Shown here: one piece after another, positions 13,772 to 27,407 of the stretch
How positions within the stretch are numbered: position 1 is the first letter of the stretch
Layout: every line of letters begins with the position of its first letter
From: Octopus vulgaris
Lineage: Eukaryota
DNA length: 64,000 bases
Assembly (NCBI GenBank): GCA_951406725.2
Contig: OX597836.1
Span: 10,540,001-10,604,000, forward strand
Reading direction: 5' to 3'
The notes under the pieces: model-generated
Told to the model about the DNA's origin: nothing
The model's database searches: none
Seen by the model: the letters and a program-made list of their open reading frames with translations, nothing else
Made by a program: the position numbers and the translations under genes

Positions 13772-13877
13772 GAGAGAGAGAGAGAGAAAGATTAATATAG
13801 CTGTACAGTCGCTATAGCAAGAAGGGTAAGAGATCGCTCCCTCTCTCTCCCCACCACATCCATTCCCACTACCACCA

Positions 13878-13936
<59 letters not shown>

Positions 13937-14261
13937 GTGCTAATGTTCCCGCTACTACATCAACACCTCCATTTCGGATATCCTTTCCGATTTGTAACCC
14001 GCCTCCCTTATTTTTTTTCTTTTTCCTTATTGTTTATATTGTAGTTAGTCCCTTGGGTAGGTTTGACCAACTTCTGCAACAGGGACACACAGACAGACAG
14101 GCGGAGAGTGAGACAGACGGACGGATAGACTCACATGCAGACAGTCAGCCAGATAGGTAAGCACATCGAAAGATAAACAAGCAGAAGGACAAACCAACCG
14201 ATAGATAGAAAGACTGACAGGCTGATTAGTTGAAGAATAGTAAGACAGATAGTGAGATAGA

Positions 14262-14320
<59 letters not shown>

Positions 14321-14627
14321 TCCAAGGCAGTGCCCCATCATGGCCACAGTCTAATGAACGAAACAAGTAAAAGATAACAGATACACACACACACACGCGC
14401 GCGTGCACGCACATATATATCCTTTTCTGTTATTCTTTAGTCGAACAAATCGACCCCAGGACTTTTTCTTTGTAAGCCTAGTTCTTATTCTATTGGTGTC
14501 TTTGGCCGAACCACTAAGTGACGCGGACGTAAAAATACCAGCATCAGTAGTCAAGCGATGGTGGTTGGGACAAACACACACACACGCAATGGGACTGAAC
14601 CCGGAACCATGTGGAGAGAGAGAGAGG

Positions 14628-14658
<31 letters not shown>

Positions 14659-14670
14659 GACAGATAGACG

Positions 14671-14717
<47 letters not shown>

Positions 14718-14718
14718 T

Positions 14719-14749
<31 letters not shown>

Positions 14750-15049
14750 TGGTGGGCAGGCAGGCAGGGCGACACCGAACCAGACATACACAGGTAGACA
14801 TGCTAGCAATCAGACAGACAGTCTGACAGATTGATTCATTGACTGACCGTACGAGACATCGGGAGACATATTTCCACCACATGGCGGCAGAGAACGGTTG
14901 ATGATAAAATAAAGGCGACGTTCTTTAATGGAAGAAAGCAAAGTAGCGAAGCTTATTACAAATTAGACTCTCACATATATAAGACAAACAGACGGCTAAC
15001 TAGAATGGTAGACTAATAGGTTGTCTTACATTCATACCGTTTACTCTTC

Positions 15050-15660
15050 ATACCTATTTCTTTATTATCCACAAGGGGCTAAACATAGAGGGGACAAACA
15101 AGGACAGACAAACGGATTAAGTCGATTACATCGACCCCAGTGCGTAACTGGTACTTAATTTATCGACCCCGAAAGGATGAAAAGGCAAAGTCGACCTCGG
15201 CGGAATTTGAACTCACAACGTAACGGCAGACGAAATACCTATTTCTTTATTACCCACAAGGGGTTAAACACAGAGGGGACAAACAAGGACAGACATAAGG
15301 TATTAAGTCGATTACATCGACCCCAGTGCGTAACTGGTACTTAATTTATCGACCCCGAAAGGATGAAAGGCAAAGTCGACCTCGGCGGAATTTGAACTCA
15401 CAACGTAACGGCAGACGAAATACCTATTTGTTTACTACCCACAAGGGGCTAAACACAGAGGGGACAAACAAGGACAGACATAGGTATTAAGTCGATTACA
15501 TCGAATCCAGTGCGTAACTGGTACTTGATTTATCGACCTCGAAAGGATGAAAGGCAAAGTCGACCTCGGCGGAATTTAAACTCACAACGTAACGGCAGAC
15601 GAAGAAATAACTCTAAGCATTTCGCCCGGCGTGCTAACGTTTCTGCCAGCTTCCCGCCAT
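15050..15660 (-). mobile_element. SINE family B with three tandem body units
   Basis: Near-identical ~185-bp units followed by the head. Confidence 0.88.
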
Positions 15661-16118
15661 TTTACTCTTCATACCGTTATTTCTTCTTAGCTGGTCTGTC
15701 AAAAAGATATGACACAGGCAGACTGGCAGACTGGCAGACAGACGGTCAGCGAGATTGATAGACTAACGAGTTTATCCTTATGTTCATGTCATTGACCCAT
15801 TAGAGTTACTTCCTCTTTGTTTATGTGTATTTTTTGTGTGTTTTGTTTTGTATTGTATTCTTTTTTAAAAAATTAGATTGATGGACAGACTGACAGCTAA
15901 ATCAGACGGGTAGACGGACGGGTAGAAAAACAACAACAAAAAAAGCCAACAACAGACAGATGAAATCTATAGTGTGTGTGTATTTGTGCATGAATGTATG
16001 TATGTGTGTGTGTATTTGTGCATGAATGTATGTATTTAGTGTGCGTATGTTTTTGGGTATATGGGCATGTGTAATATTAGGACCTGTGAATATGTATGTA
16101 TACATATATGTGTTCGTA

Positions 16119-16163
<45 letters not shown>

Positions 16164-16339
16164 TGTGTGTATGTGTGTGTATATATATATGTTGTATGTG
16201 TGTGCGGAATATATATATATATATACATACATACGCTCACACACGTGTGTAAATGCATAGTTGTATATAAACGCATATGTATATTTGCGCGCGCGTGTGT
16301 GTGTGTGTGTGCATAAATTTATGTATGTGCATGTATGTA

Positions 16340-16374
<35 letters not shown>

Positions 16375-16436
16375 TTGTGCATGAATGTATGTGTATATGT
16401 GTGTGTGTATATATATATGTTGTATGTATGTGTGCG

Positions 16437-16473
<37 letters not shown>

Positions 16474-16706
16474 CATACGCGCACACACGTGTGTAAATGC
16501 ATAGTTGTATATAAACGCATATGTATATTTGCGCGCGTGTGTGTGTGTGCATAAATTTATGTATGTGCATGAATGTATGTATGTTTGTGTGTGTATGTAT
16601 TTGTGCATGAATGTATGTACTTAGCGTGCGTATGTTTTGGGTATATGGGCATGTGTAATATTAGGACCTGTGAATAGGTATGCATACATGTATGTGTTCT
16701 TATGTG

Positions 16707-16759
<53 letters not shown>

Positions 16760-16763
16760 TATG

Positions 16764-16808
<45 letters not shown>

Positions 16809-16848
16809 CATACCCACACACGTGTGTAAATGCATAGTTGTATATAAA

Positions 16849-16904
<56 letters not shown>

Positions 16905-17515
16905 GTGTGTGTGTGTGTGTATGTGTGTGTGTTTAGAAGCTGTTGCTAACAACGCCTGTCACAGCTAATAAAAATGCACGCTTCCATTGTCTCTGTAGTC
17001 CAATTAGTAAAACGAAGCCAGCCAATCTCGAAAGTTCCGCTAAGATTTGCCTATTTAAAGTACACCCAAGTGTAAACATCCTTTAGATGTCAAGTCTTCA
17101 GATCTCAGATTACTTTCAGATAATAAGAATATAAATGAAAGTGTCCTTTCCATTGTCCCCTAACAACTCTGCATGCAGTCCAGAATTGACCTGTTTGACA
17201 TAGCTTACAATCTCGGCAAAGGTACTCTCAGTTCAAAAACCACAATTTAAATAATTTAGAGAAACTTTAAGACAATTTCGAATATGTTTGAGAAGTATTT
17301 GAACTTGTAACGGCCTTTCGCTGCGGACTGTCACGCACCACTGAAGTTTGTTTACTCTCCGTAATTGCTTCGCGCATCAATTAACAATTTGACTCGAATC
17401 TAATTTTCTCTACAGGCGCGGGCGTGGCTGTGTGGCAAAATGTTTGCTTCCCAACAATATGATTCCCGGTTCAGTCCCACTGCGTAGCGACCTGCGAATG
17501 TGTCTTCTTCTATAG

Positions 17516-17717
17516 CAGTGGTTTTCAACCAGGGTTCCGCCAGTACAGTCCACGGGTTCCGCAAGAAGTTAAAAAAATGCTAAAATCGGCAGTAATTTTT
17601 AATTCTCCTGTGCAGATATGTGTGCATAAGACTATTAAATTATTGCACAGGGGTTCCTCGAGCCAGTGAAATGTTTCCTTTGGGGTTCCGCTCCAGCAAA
17701 AAGGTTGAAAAGCACTG
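17516..17717. mobile_element. hAT (Charlie-like) MITE inserted in a SINE A fragment
   Basis: TIRs CAGTGGTTTTCAACC / GGTTGAAAAGCACTG; perfect 8-bp TSD TTCTATAG at 17508-17515 and 17718-17725. Confidence 0.9.
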
Positions 17718-18310
17718 TTCTATAGTCTTGCATCAGCTTCGTCGCGTGACTTTTAGAGGCCCCTTGCAACTTTTTGTTTCAAGGTCCCATCCCTTCAATC
17801 AAAATTCATAATCTACGCACCTTTTATTCACGGCTATATTTTACTTTATTCTATCTGAAGTTCAATATTTCACGTTATCCTAAAGACCATCTCATCGACT
17901 TACCTGCTCTCCAGAAATTGCTGGCCTGGTATCGAAATTGGAAACCAATATTACTATACCTCTCCTCCTTTCTTGCCCCTCTTCTTCTGCTTTCTCTCCC
18001 TCTCTCTCCCTCTCTCTCTCTCTCTCTCCCTCTTTCTCTCTCTCGTTCAAATTGGACATTTTTTACATCTCTCCTCTCCATCCTTCTCTCTTTTTATACC
18101 TTATTTCGCTTTTTTAAGCTTTTTCTCCCCATCCCCTTCTCTTTCTTTCTCTCCTTCACCCTTTCTTACTTTCTTTTCTTTCTTTCTTCCCTTCTCTCTC
18201 TCTCCACTCATTCTTATCCGTTCCCTTTCTCTGTAGACAACATAATTTCCATATTATTTCCAGCTCTTTCCCATTCTTCGTCTCCAGCACAGCTTTTACC
18301 AACACCCCTT

Positions 18311-19200
18311 CCACCACCACCACCACCACCACCACCACCACCGCCACCACCACCACCACCACCACCACCACCACCACCACCACCACCACCACCACCACCA
18401 CCACCACCACCACCACCACCACCACCACCACCACCACCACCACCACCACCACCACTATTACCACCACCACCATCACCAACAACAACAACACTAATACCAG
18501 CGTCGTCATACCCGCCACCGTTTCCCCACCACCATCACTACCACTTTCCACTATCATCATCATCATCATCATCGCTGCCACCACCTCCGCCACCACCATT
18601 TTCTATCAACACCACCACACTAATTCCATCATCAGCAAAACTCCCACCCACCCCCGCATCGCACTCCTTCCAACATCACCCCTACTACACCGTCACCGCC
18701 ACGACTACCAACTGCCACCACCGCCGCCATCACCATCACAGCCACAGCCACCATTACCACCATTGTCAACACAGTCGTCATCATCATCATCATCATCATC
18801 ACAACCATCATCACCCCCCTTCACCATCATCATCACCATTACCACCATCACCAGCATCCCCCCCACCTCAGCATCCCACTACACCATTTCCACCATTTCC
18901 ACCACCACCACCACCACCACCACCACCACCACCACCACCACCACCACCACCACCACCACCACCACCACCACCACCACCACCACCACTACCACCACCACCA
19001 CCACCACCAAAACCACCACCACCACCGCCACTGCCACCACCACCACCACCACCACCACCACCACCACACACCACCACCGCCAACACCACCGCCAACACCA
19101 CCACCACCACCACCACCACCACCACCACCACCACCACCACCACCACCACCACCACCACCACCACCACCACAACCACCATTACCACCACCACCGCCGCCGC
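18311..19200. repeat. (ACC)n-rich low-complexity tract
   Basis: Seen directly; source of the poly-P/T/H ORFs. Confidence 0.95.
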
Positions 19201-19444
19201 CGTGAACTTTCTACCTCTCAGCCTTCAATTTCAGCGAAATTCATTGCAGACGATAGCAGGGAGCTACCCCCAACTGTTGCAATTCATTTTAAGGAATGTG
19301 ACCAGGGTAGGATTCCTTTCTGCATGCCAGCCAAGCTGAATATATGATTTACATTTCAAGGGAAGAGATGGGGTACCCCTCTTAGGGTAGACTGCATACA
19401 ATAAAATAAAGATATAGAGGCCACAAGTTTTCAATAGGTTCTCT

Positions 19445-19643
19445 CTTTTACTCTTTTTACTCTTTTACTTGGTTCAGTCATTTGACTGCGGCCATGCTGG
19501 AGCACCGCCTTTAGTCGAGCAAATCGACCCCGGGACTTATTCTTTGTATGTCCAGTACTTATTCTATCAGTCTCTTTTGCCGAATCGCTAAGTGACGGGG
19601 ACGTAAACACACCAGCATCGGTTTTCAAGCAATGCTAGGGGGA

Positions 19644-19699
<56 letters not shown>

Positions 19700-19868
19700 C
19701 ATATTTACGACAGGCTTCTTTCAGTTTCCGTCTACCAAATCCACTCACAAGGCATTGGTCGGCCCGAGGCTATAGCAGAAGACACTTGCCCAAGATGCCA
19801 CGCAGTGGAACTGAACCCGGAACCATGTGGTTGGTTAGCAAGCTACTTACCACACAGCCACTCCTGCA
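19445..19868 (-). mobile_element. SINE family A, full length
   Basis: Reverse complement of 431-795. Confidence 0.88.
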
Positions 19869-20128
19869 CCAGTTATATATTTACAATAATTCTATAGATG
19901 ATACTAATCCGTTCTACAAATGTTTTCATTCCCCTTGTTCTGAACACATAAATTAATATTGTGATAATCCATTGGGTGTTTAAAGCTCACCACGTGCGAG
20001 CTTCTGCTCCCACCAGGTGGAGCCCTTCTTAATCGTTCGCCAAGGATTCGACCATGACGATGGCGACGGCAACAATGTGGCTCATCCTTTTCGCAACTCC
20101 TTTTTTTTTTCATATATCTCAGCGAAGT

Positions 20129-20176
<48 letters not shown>

Positions 20177-20200
20177 TCCGTCCTATCCATCCATCCATCC

Positions 20201-20253
<53 letters not shown>

Positions 20254-21457
20254 CCTTTCTTTCTTTCTTTCTTTCTTTCTTTTTATTTCTTTCCTTCTTT
20301 CCTTCCTTCTTTCTTTCTTCATTTCTCTCTCTTTCTTTCTCTTTCTCCCCCTCCTTCTTTCTCTCTTTCTTTCTCTCTCGGTCTCTTAAACTAATCGGGT
20401 ATGTAAACAACATCTGTAAATAGTTTAGATGTTGTAATAGAAGTGTTTATTAAGGTGAAATGTAGGCAGTAATGATAACGTAATGAATCTCCTCAAAGAA
20501 TTAATTAATATCTGTCCTGCTTAATTATATACATAAATAACATCTGGTTAAATAAAACAAACAACAAAACAAACAAAAAGCAAAACACCCCCCGAAATGA
20601 AAAAGAAAAAAAACAACAAAAAATAATAATAATAAATAATAAATTAAATACGATGTTGAAAAGATCTTCGAATTTCGAGGCTTAGTTTCACTTAGGGGAC
20701 GACGAGATGTTGTTATTGACAAGAAAAGTCATTCAGTACAGAACGAACTATGTAAATATAGATTACAATAAATTTAGATGTGTTTTGGAATCAAGCGATA
20801 GATAGACTGCTGAAGACATGGAACCAGAAGCAGAAGGTTGGCTTGTGTAACAAGCAGCAACAAATTAGCTAGGTAGGAGGTAAAACATGAGAAAATAACC
20901 GTAGATGAGAGAAGAAAAATAGACTGACTAGAAAAGAAGGAAGAAGAAGCGTGAGAAAAGTAGGTCAGAGATGAAGTGTAAATGTAGGTAAAGGAATAAA
21001 TATATATATATGTGTGTAAATATAAATAGGCGGCTAGGTATGGGGTATGAGCAAAAAATATAGGCGGATAGAGTAAGAAAAATAGGCTACACCAGAGGCA
21101 GGCAGCGTTAAGGAATGGGAAAAGATGATAGGGCTGTGATTAGAGATTGGAATCATCAGGTATATCTAAATAATTGGAGAGAAATTTGAGTAAAAACTAC
21201 ATTTGCATGAAACATGTTAGCCTGCATTTAACTATATCGTTTTCATTCAGAAGGTATCACTGTGGAAATTTCCATATACGTTGTTATTTTAGACTGTGAA
21301 TATGGTTTTCACGTGTAATCTTCATCGTCTCAGTTATTTTAACGCTTGATAAGTGCATTGTGTTGAGCTTCGCTGTGAAGGTTTAACAAAGCCGAAACAT
21401 GTTCCTAGTTGTCAGCGACTTAAGAAAGAGTGACAAGGTTGAAATATGTTGATATAT

Positions 21458-21861
21458 AGGCGCAGCAGTGGCTGTGTGGTAAGTAGCTTGTTTACCAGCC
21501 ACATGGTTCCGGGCTCAGTCCCACTGCGTGGCACCTTGGACAAGTGTCTTCTACTATAGCTTCGGGCCGACCAAAGCCTTGTGAGTGGATTTGGTAGACG
21601 GAAACTGAAAGAAGCCCGTCGTATATATGTATATATATATATATATGTATGTGTATGTATGTTTGTGTGTCTGTGTTTGTCTCCCTGGCATTGCTTGACA
21701 ACCGATGCTGATGTGTTTATGTCCACGTTCGGCAAAAGAGATCGATAGAATAAGTACTGGGCTTACAAAGAATAAGTTCCGGGGTCGAGTTGCTCGACTA
21801 AAGGCGGTGCTCCAGCATGGCCGCAGTCAAAATGACTGAAACAAGTAAAAGAGTAAAAGAG
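21458..21861 (+). mobile_element. SINE family A, full length
   Basis: Same head, internal microsatellite and AAGTAAAAGAG tail. Confidence 0.88.
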
Positions 21862-22206
21862 ATATGTTCCCAGTCGCCAGCAACTAAAGAGAGAATTACT
21901 TACCTACACAAATAAATGTTGCCCACACACCTTTCTTCATCGATGTTTAATCAATTTGGATTTCAGAAATGTCTCTCTTCTGCTCTTTACTTCAAGTGCG
22001 GGAACACGAACATCTCCCCCTAAGCTCTTAGAAGCCTCGCAGTGCTGTCACAACGGGCAATATCTGCGTCATGTGGACTCTGCATAAAGGCATTCATAGG
22101 CATTAAACAGGGCGACGCATTAAGTGTGCCGCTTTTTACGTTGTAATTTTCGCGTGTTTATTACAACTTCCAAATGGTTTCTGCCGCTTTGGTGTGTCGC
22201 TCTACT

Positions 22207-22268
<62 letters not shown>

Positions 22269-22552
22269 TACAACTACTACTATAGCTGCTGCTGCTTGCT
22301 GGCTACTCGCTGCTACTGAATGGAACTTGAAACTCAAAGGAAATAAGAAGCAAAAACGACATTTAGTAACTTAACGAACAGAGCAACTGAAAAATTACTT
22401 TTTGCTTTTTTTTTTCTATGCGGATATGTTGATGTGTAATGATCTACGCACGCACGCACGCACGCACCCACGCACCACTCGCCTCCCACACGCATGTACA
22501 TACATACACGCAGCCTCGCACAGACACACTGGAAGTCGTAAACATGCATACA

Positions 22553-22607
<55 letters not shown>

Positions 22608-22756
22608 TAGATAGATAGATAGATAGATATACACAGGTATATATATATATATATATACACACATCTGCAAAGTGTAAGCATCTTTGAATATTAAGTATTT
22701 CTATATATATGCATGTACGCATTTCCTCACACCATATTTACTTGTGTGTATGTATG

Positions 22757-22796
<40 letters not shown>

Positions 22797-23024
22797 AGTA
22801 GTTGAATGAATTATCTTATTATGGATAATTCGGTTAACCGATACCTGGGTAGCAAATTCACGTCAGAAAAACACGGTTGAAGCTACATGCCAAGGTCAGA
22901 GATCACGTGCTTTCGTGTGGAAATTTGTGTGTTTTTTAACACAAATAAATGAAAGAATGGAGTTGAACGAGAATAAAGGAATTTTGTTAAATCGTCGTTC
23001 AACTCCATTCTTTCATTTATTTGT
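22797..23024. mobile_element. (TA)n-inserted element with 5' inversion (sister of 56361-56645)
   Basis: Aligns with 56361-56562; perfect 30-bp inverted repeat 22941-22970 / 22995-23024. Confidence 0.8.
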
Positions 23025-23151
23025 ATATTTATATATATATATATATATGTGTGTGTGTATGTATGTATGTATGTATGTATGTATGTATGTATGTATGTAT
23101 GTATGTATGTATGCATGTATGCATGTATGTATGTATGTGTGCATCTATGTA

Positions 23152-23392
23152 TTAGGGGTACCGAAGAGTAATGTATTTATTCATTCTAAATCTAATCGCC
23201 ATCGTTATTAATAGCACTTTTGTACCGCAAGACTAGTTTTCTGATTCCACGGGCAAAAAAATCAGGTTCTTTCGAAGAGGAAAATATTTGGCGTGCCATT
23301 TCGACATCGTCTCTGCCTCTTAATGGTTTTGCACTGAAAGATTGTTCGAGTGACCTGAATAAGTGAAAATCTGAGGCCGCAGGGTCTGTTGA
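23152..23392 (-). pseudogene. mariner (Tc1/mariner) transposase C-terminal relic with right TIR
   Basis: DPAASDFHLFRSLEQSFSAK...FSSSKEPDFFARGIRKLVLRYKSAINNDGD matches the mariner SPDLAPSDYHLFRSL...FY..GI..L..RW......DG pattern; TA followed by TTAGGGGTACCGAAGAGTAAT TIR-like end at 23152. Confidence 0.85.
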
Positions 23393-23534
23393 AGTCGAGA
23401 TTCTTTGGATTACCTTTATTGAATGAGGCCTATATGCTTGGGGTGGGGACAGTTGGCGAGTTACCAACTTCTCTTCTTTACATATTTTATAGATCTACTT
23501 GAGATGGTCTTGTACTGTGGACCAAGGTTTATTC

Positions 23535-24280
23535 TTTTCTACTCTAAGCACAAGGCCCGAAATTTTTGGGGAGGGAGCCAGTCGATTAGATCGACCCCAG
23601 TACACCACTGGTACTTAATTTATCGACCTCGGCGGAATTTGAAATCAGAACGTAAAGACATACGAAATACGTATTTCTTTACTACCCACAAGGGGCTAAA
23701 CACAGAGGGGACAAACAAGGACAGACACACGGATTAAGTCGATTATATTGACCCCAGTGCGTAACTGGTACTTATTTAATTGGCCCCGAAAGGATGAAAG
23801 GCAAAGTTGACCTCGGCGGAATTTGAACTCAGAATGTAGCGGCAGACGAATTACCTATTTCTTTACTACCCACAAGGGGCTAAACACAGAGAGGACAAAC
23901 AAGGACAGACAAACGGATTAAATCGATTATATCGACCCCAGTGTGTAACTGGTACTTAATTTATCGACCCCGAAAGGATGAAAGGCAAAGTCGACCTTGG
24001 CGGAATTTGGATTCAGAACGTCGATTCCGGGGTCGATTAAATAAGTACCAGTTACGCACTGGGGTCGATGTAATCGTCTTAATCCATTTGACTGTCCTTG
24101 TTTGTCCCCTCTGTGTTTAGCCCCTTGTGGGCAATACAGAAATAAGAAATCATCGACTTTGCCTTTTATCCTTTTGGGATCGATAAAATACGTACCAGCC
24201 GATTGCCAGGAACATTATAATCGACTCGCCTTCTCCGGTAAAATTTCAGGCTTTGTGCCTATAACAGAGAAGATTATAGT
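23535..24280. mobile_element. SINE family B cluster, both orientations
   Basis: Minus-strand units to about 24020 abut plus-strand fragments. Confidence 0.8.
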
Positions 24281-24824
24281 TGGCAGGGTTTGTGCGAAGC
24301 CTCTCCTACTCTTTCGTCCTTGAAACTTGTATTGTTCTGATGCAATAACGACGAACGAAACAAAAAAAAAAGCATTCAATATCATAAAGTAGAGTATTAA
24401 TTTCACTTGGCCATCTTAAACTAAGATAAACAACTATTTCTTTGTTTCCCCGTGAGAAAGTCTCACTAATATTTTTTTGTATTAGTCACGTATGTATATT
24501 TTAAATAGTTAACGCTCTACAGACGAATTTTGACAATTTACCGACCTCATATTTGAAGTTTCACGCAGTTTTTCAGAGGAACAATAATGAACTGCGTGAG
24601 AACAGGAAAGCCCTAAGTTCTTTCTAGTGTTGGTTTCAGCTACACAAATTCTCTGTCGGTTTCTCAGTCTGTATCTTAATGTATGCACATCAATATGCAT
24701 TTATGCACATAACTGCACAAGTGTGCATATGTGTATTTGTATATGCATATACAAATATATACAGTTGTATATACATATACATATCTGTTATTTGGGCTTT
24801 TGTAGAAGCAACTGCCTTCGAAGA

Positions 24825-24894
24825 CCCATAAAAGTTGTCGATCACTGCTCGAAATGAGGAGTAGATGGACAGCCGACAACTCTGATGAAGGGTC
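24825..24894 (+). ncRNA. Permuted hammerhead-like motif, family 2
   Basis: CCCAUA aa AGUUGUCG AUCACUGCUC GAAA UGAG (15 nt) CGACAACU CUGAUGA A GGGU; 8-bp stem I, GGGU/GCUC stem II. Confidence 0.45.
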
Positions 24895-25009
24895 GTTCTT
24901 TATGTTACTTGTCCTAATTACCATTTGCTTCTCTCGTTGTTTGCGTATTGAGCTCATTTGTTTTTGTATTTCATGTTGTTTACGATTTGTGACGTCCTGT
25001 ACCCATATA

Positions 25010-25073
<64 letters not shown>

Positions 25074-25189
25074 TATAATGTGTGTGGTTGTCTGTCTGTC
25101 CGTCCGTCCATCCGTCCACCCGTCCATCCACTTATCTACCTATCTACCTGAATCTATGTGTATGTATATGCATTTTTTTTCTTTTTTAC

Positions 25190-25460
25190 ATGTTTCGGTC
25201 ACTTGATTGCGGCCATACTGGAGCACCGCCTTTAGTCAAACAAATCGACCCCAGGACTTATTCTTTGTAAACCTAGTACTTATCATATCGGCGTCTTTCG
25301 CCGTACTGCTCTGTTACGGGGAAGTAAACACACCACCATGGGTTGCCAAACGATGTTGGGGTGGGGTACAAACACATGTTTGTGTGTCTGTATTTGTGCC
25401 ACCCCCAACATCGCTTCGCAACCGATGCTGGTGTTTTTACGTCCCCTTAACTTAGCGTTT

Positions 25461-25503
<43 letters not shown>

Positions 25504-25665
25504 ACGGGCTTCTTTCAGTTTCTGTCTTTCTAATCCACTAACAAGGCTTTGGTTGGCCCGAAGATATAGTAGAAAACACTTGTCCAAAGTGTCACGGTGT
25601 AGGACTGAACCCGGGACCATGTAGTTGGTAAGCAAGCTACTTACCACACAGCCCTTCTACGCCTA
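25190..25665 (-). mobile_element. SINE family A, diverged
   Basis: Homology to 431-795. Confidence 0.8.
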
Positions 25666-25688
25666 TATCTATTCACGTATATGTACCA

Positions 25689-25739
<51 letters not shown>

Positions 25740-25828
25740 TACATATACATATGTATATAAGTGTATACATATGCATATATATGCTTATATATGTATATCT
25801 ATCTATCTACCTGTCTATATCTCTATCT

Positions 25829-25865
<37 letters not shown>

Positions 25866-26599
25866 CAGTATATATAGACATATGTAGAGTGTGTAGTTGT
25901 ATGTATATATGTACATACGCATGTATGTATAAACACACATATATGTACATACACATTTACATATATGTGCATATAGTTTGTATATATCTTTGTGTATATC
26001 TTTGAGAACTTTTGGTATTAGTCATGTATATATACATTTCAAATAGTTTACGCTCTACAGACGAATTTTTCCTATTTTTCGACCTCATATTTAAAATGCT
26101 TTTACGCAGCAAAATATCAATGCAAAGCTTGCAAATTATTTATTTATAATATGTATGTATTTAATTCGTTGTCTGGCAGAGTCATTAGAATACCGTAACG
26201 TTCTACTTTCGCATTGCGCCAAAGTCAACTTTAGTTTTTCATCCTATCGAGTTTAGTAAATTAAATTACCATTCAGGTATCGAGTAACAACCACCTATCC
26301 CTAAAATTTGCTTAACTGATGCCTAAATTATAAGCCATAATTAATATATATACTGCATATCTGTGAATAGTATGTAAAAGCTTATGAGCAACATTTAATG
26401 CTGTGAACTCTGCCCAATGTTTACATCAATATCTGCATCAGGAGATTATTATTTTGTCCTATAGCATTCTTTAAAGCATACACATACACACACACACACA
26501 CTGATACACATACGCACACACATACACAGACACGCACACATGCACACGCGCATATCATATGTATTTGATACATTGTGCTTTATAGCTACATTCAATCCG

Positions 26600-26900
26600 T
26601 CAGAGGAACTATACTGGCCTTACCATCAGCACCCTTAATGTTCAGTATAACTAACATTTATACGAATTTAGAATCTCACGACAGAACAAACTATACTCTA
26701 TTGCCTAGTTTAATTGATATGTCTACAGACCAAGAACATGACTACCCGATCATAACTTATAATTATAGCCCTGTCAATAGAACCATTCTATATCTCTGTG
26801 GATTATGTATTTCGGGCTCCGCAATTTGTTTTTAAGAAAGTCCGATCTGATTTCTAATTGCCGTCATAGACGAATATCTGTTTTGCGTCAGTTTCATATA
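26600..26900 (+). pseudogene. Penelope-like element GIY-YIG endonuclease C-terminal relic
   Basis: Across frameshifts and stops: NYTGLTISTLNVQYN*HLYEFR ... LCGLC ... LRKSDLISNCRHRRISVLRQF, matching the PLE pattern YIGLT...F..RY..H...FR / C.LC / LNKRSELISKCRH. Confidence 0.6.
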
Positions 26901-27368
26901 ATGCCACAGAGAATTCAAGATTTAACTACCAAAAGCGAAAATTCGCAGTGTTGCTTCTTATACCCTAGCAATATCTCCAAAATCTTATGGCTCCCAGGGA
27001 TTTATGCCAAAAACCAGCAACAATTTCCTCGACTTGATGCGGCACGTCGAATGAGATCCCGACGTAATACATACCGGATATCTTATTAATTAGACACAAG
27101 CTTTTGTACTAGCGACACTCGGAGTAATGGTATAATGAATCATTAATTGTGTACTCTCTCTCCCTCCCTCCCTCTCTCTGTCTGTCTCTCTCACTCTCTC
27201 TGTCACACACATTCGCATATTTATGTGTGCAATGGGTATGGATAACAACGTCATAAACTAGTGGGAGACATCAACAGTAGCAACTCGCCTTCTTCTCGAT
27301 GCGTAGCTCAACTCCTTTCTGTACATCCACTTCAATCCAGTTCCCATACTACATGTCTGTATCACTGA

Positions 27369-27407
<39 letters not shown>

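Noticed and set aside
17774-19339. 521-aa poly-Pro/His/Thr ORF resembling a formin or extensin
   Set aside because: (ACC)n and CT-rich simple repeats; no domain, non-ATG start, no splice context
20700-20910. Possible CR1/L2 reverse transcriptase C-terminal remnant on the minus strand
   Set aside because: Resemblance too degraded to support without a search
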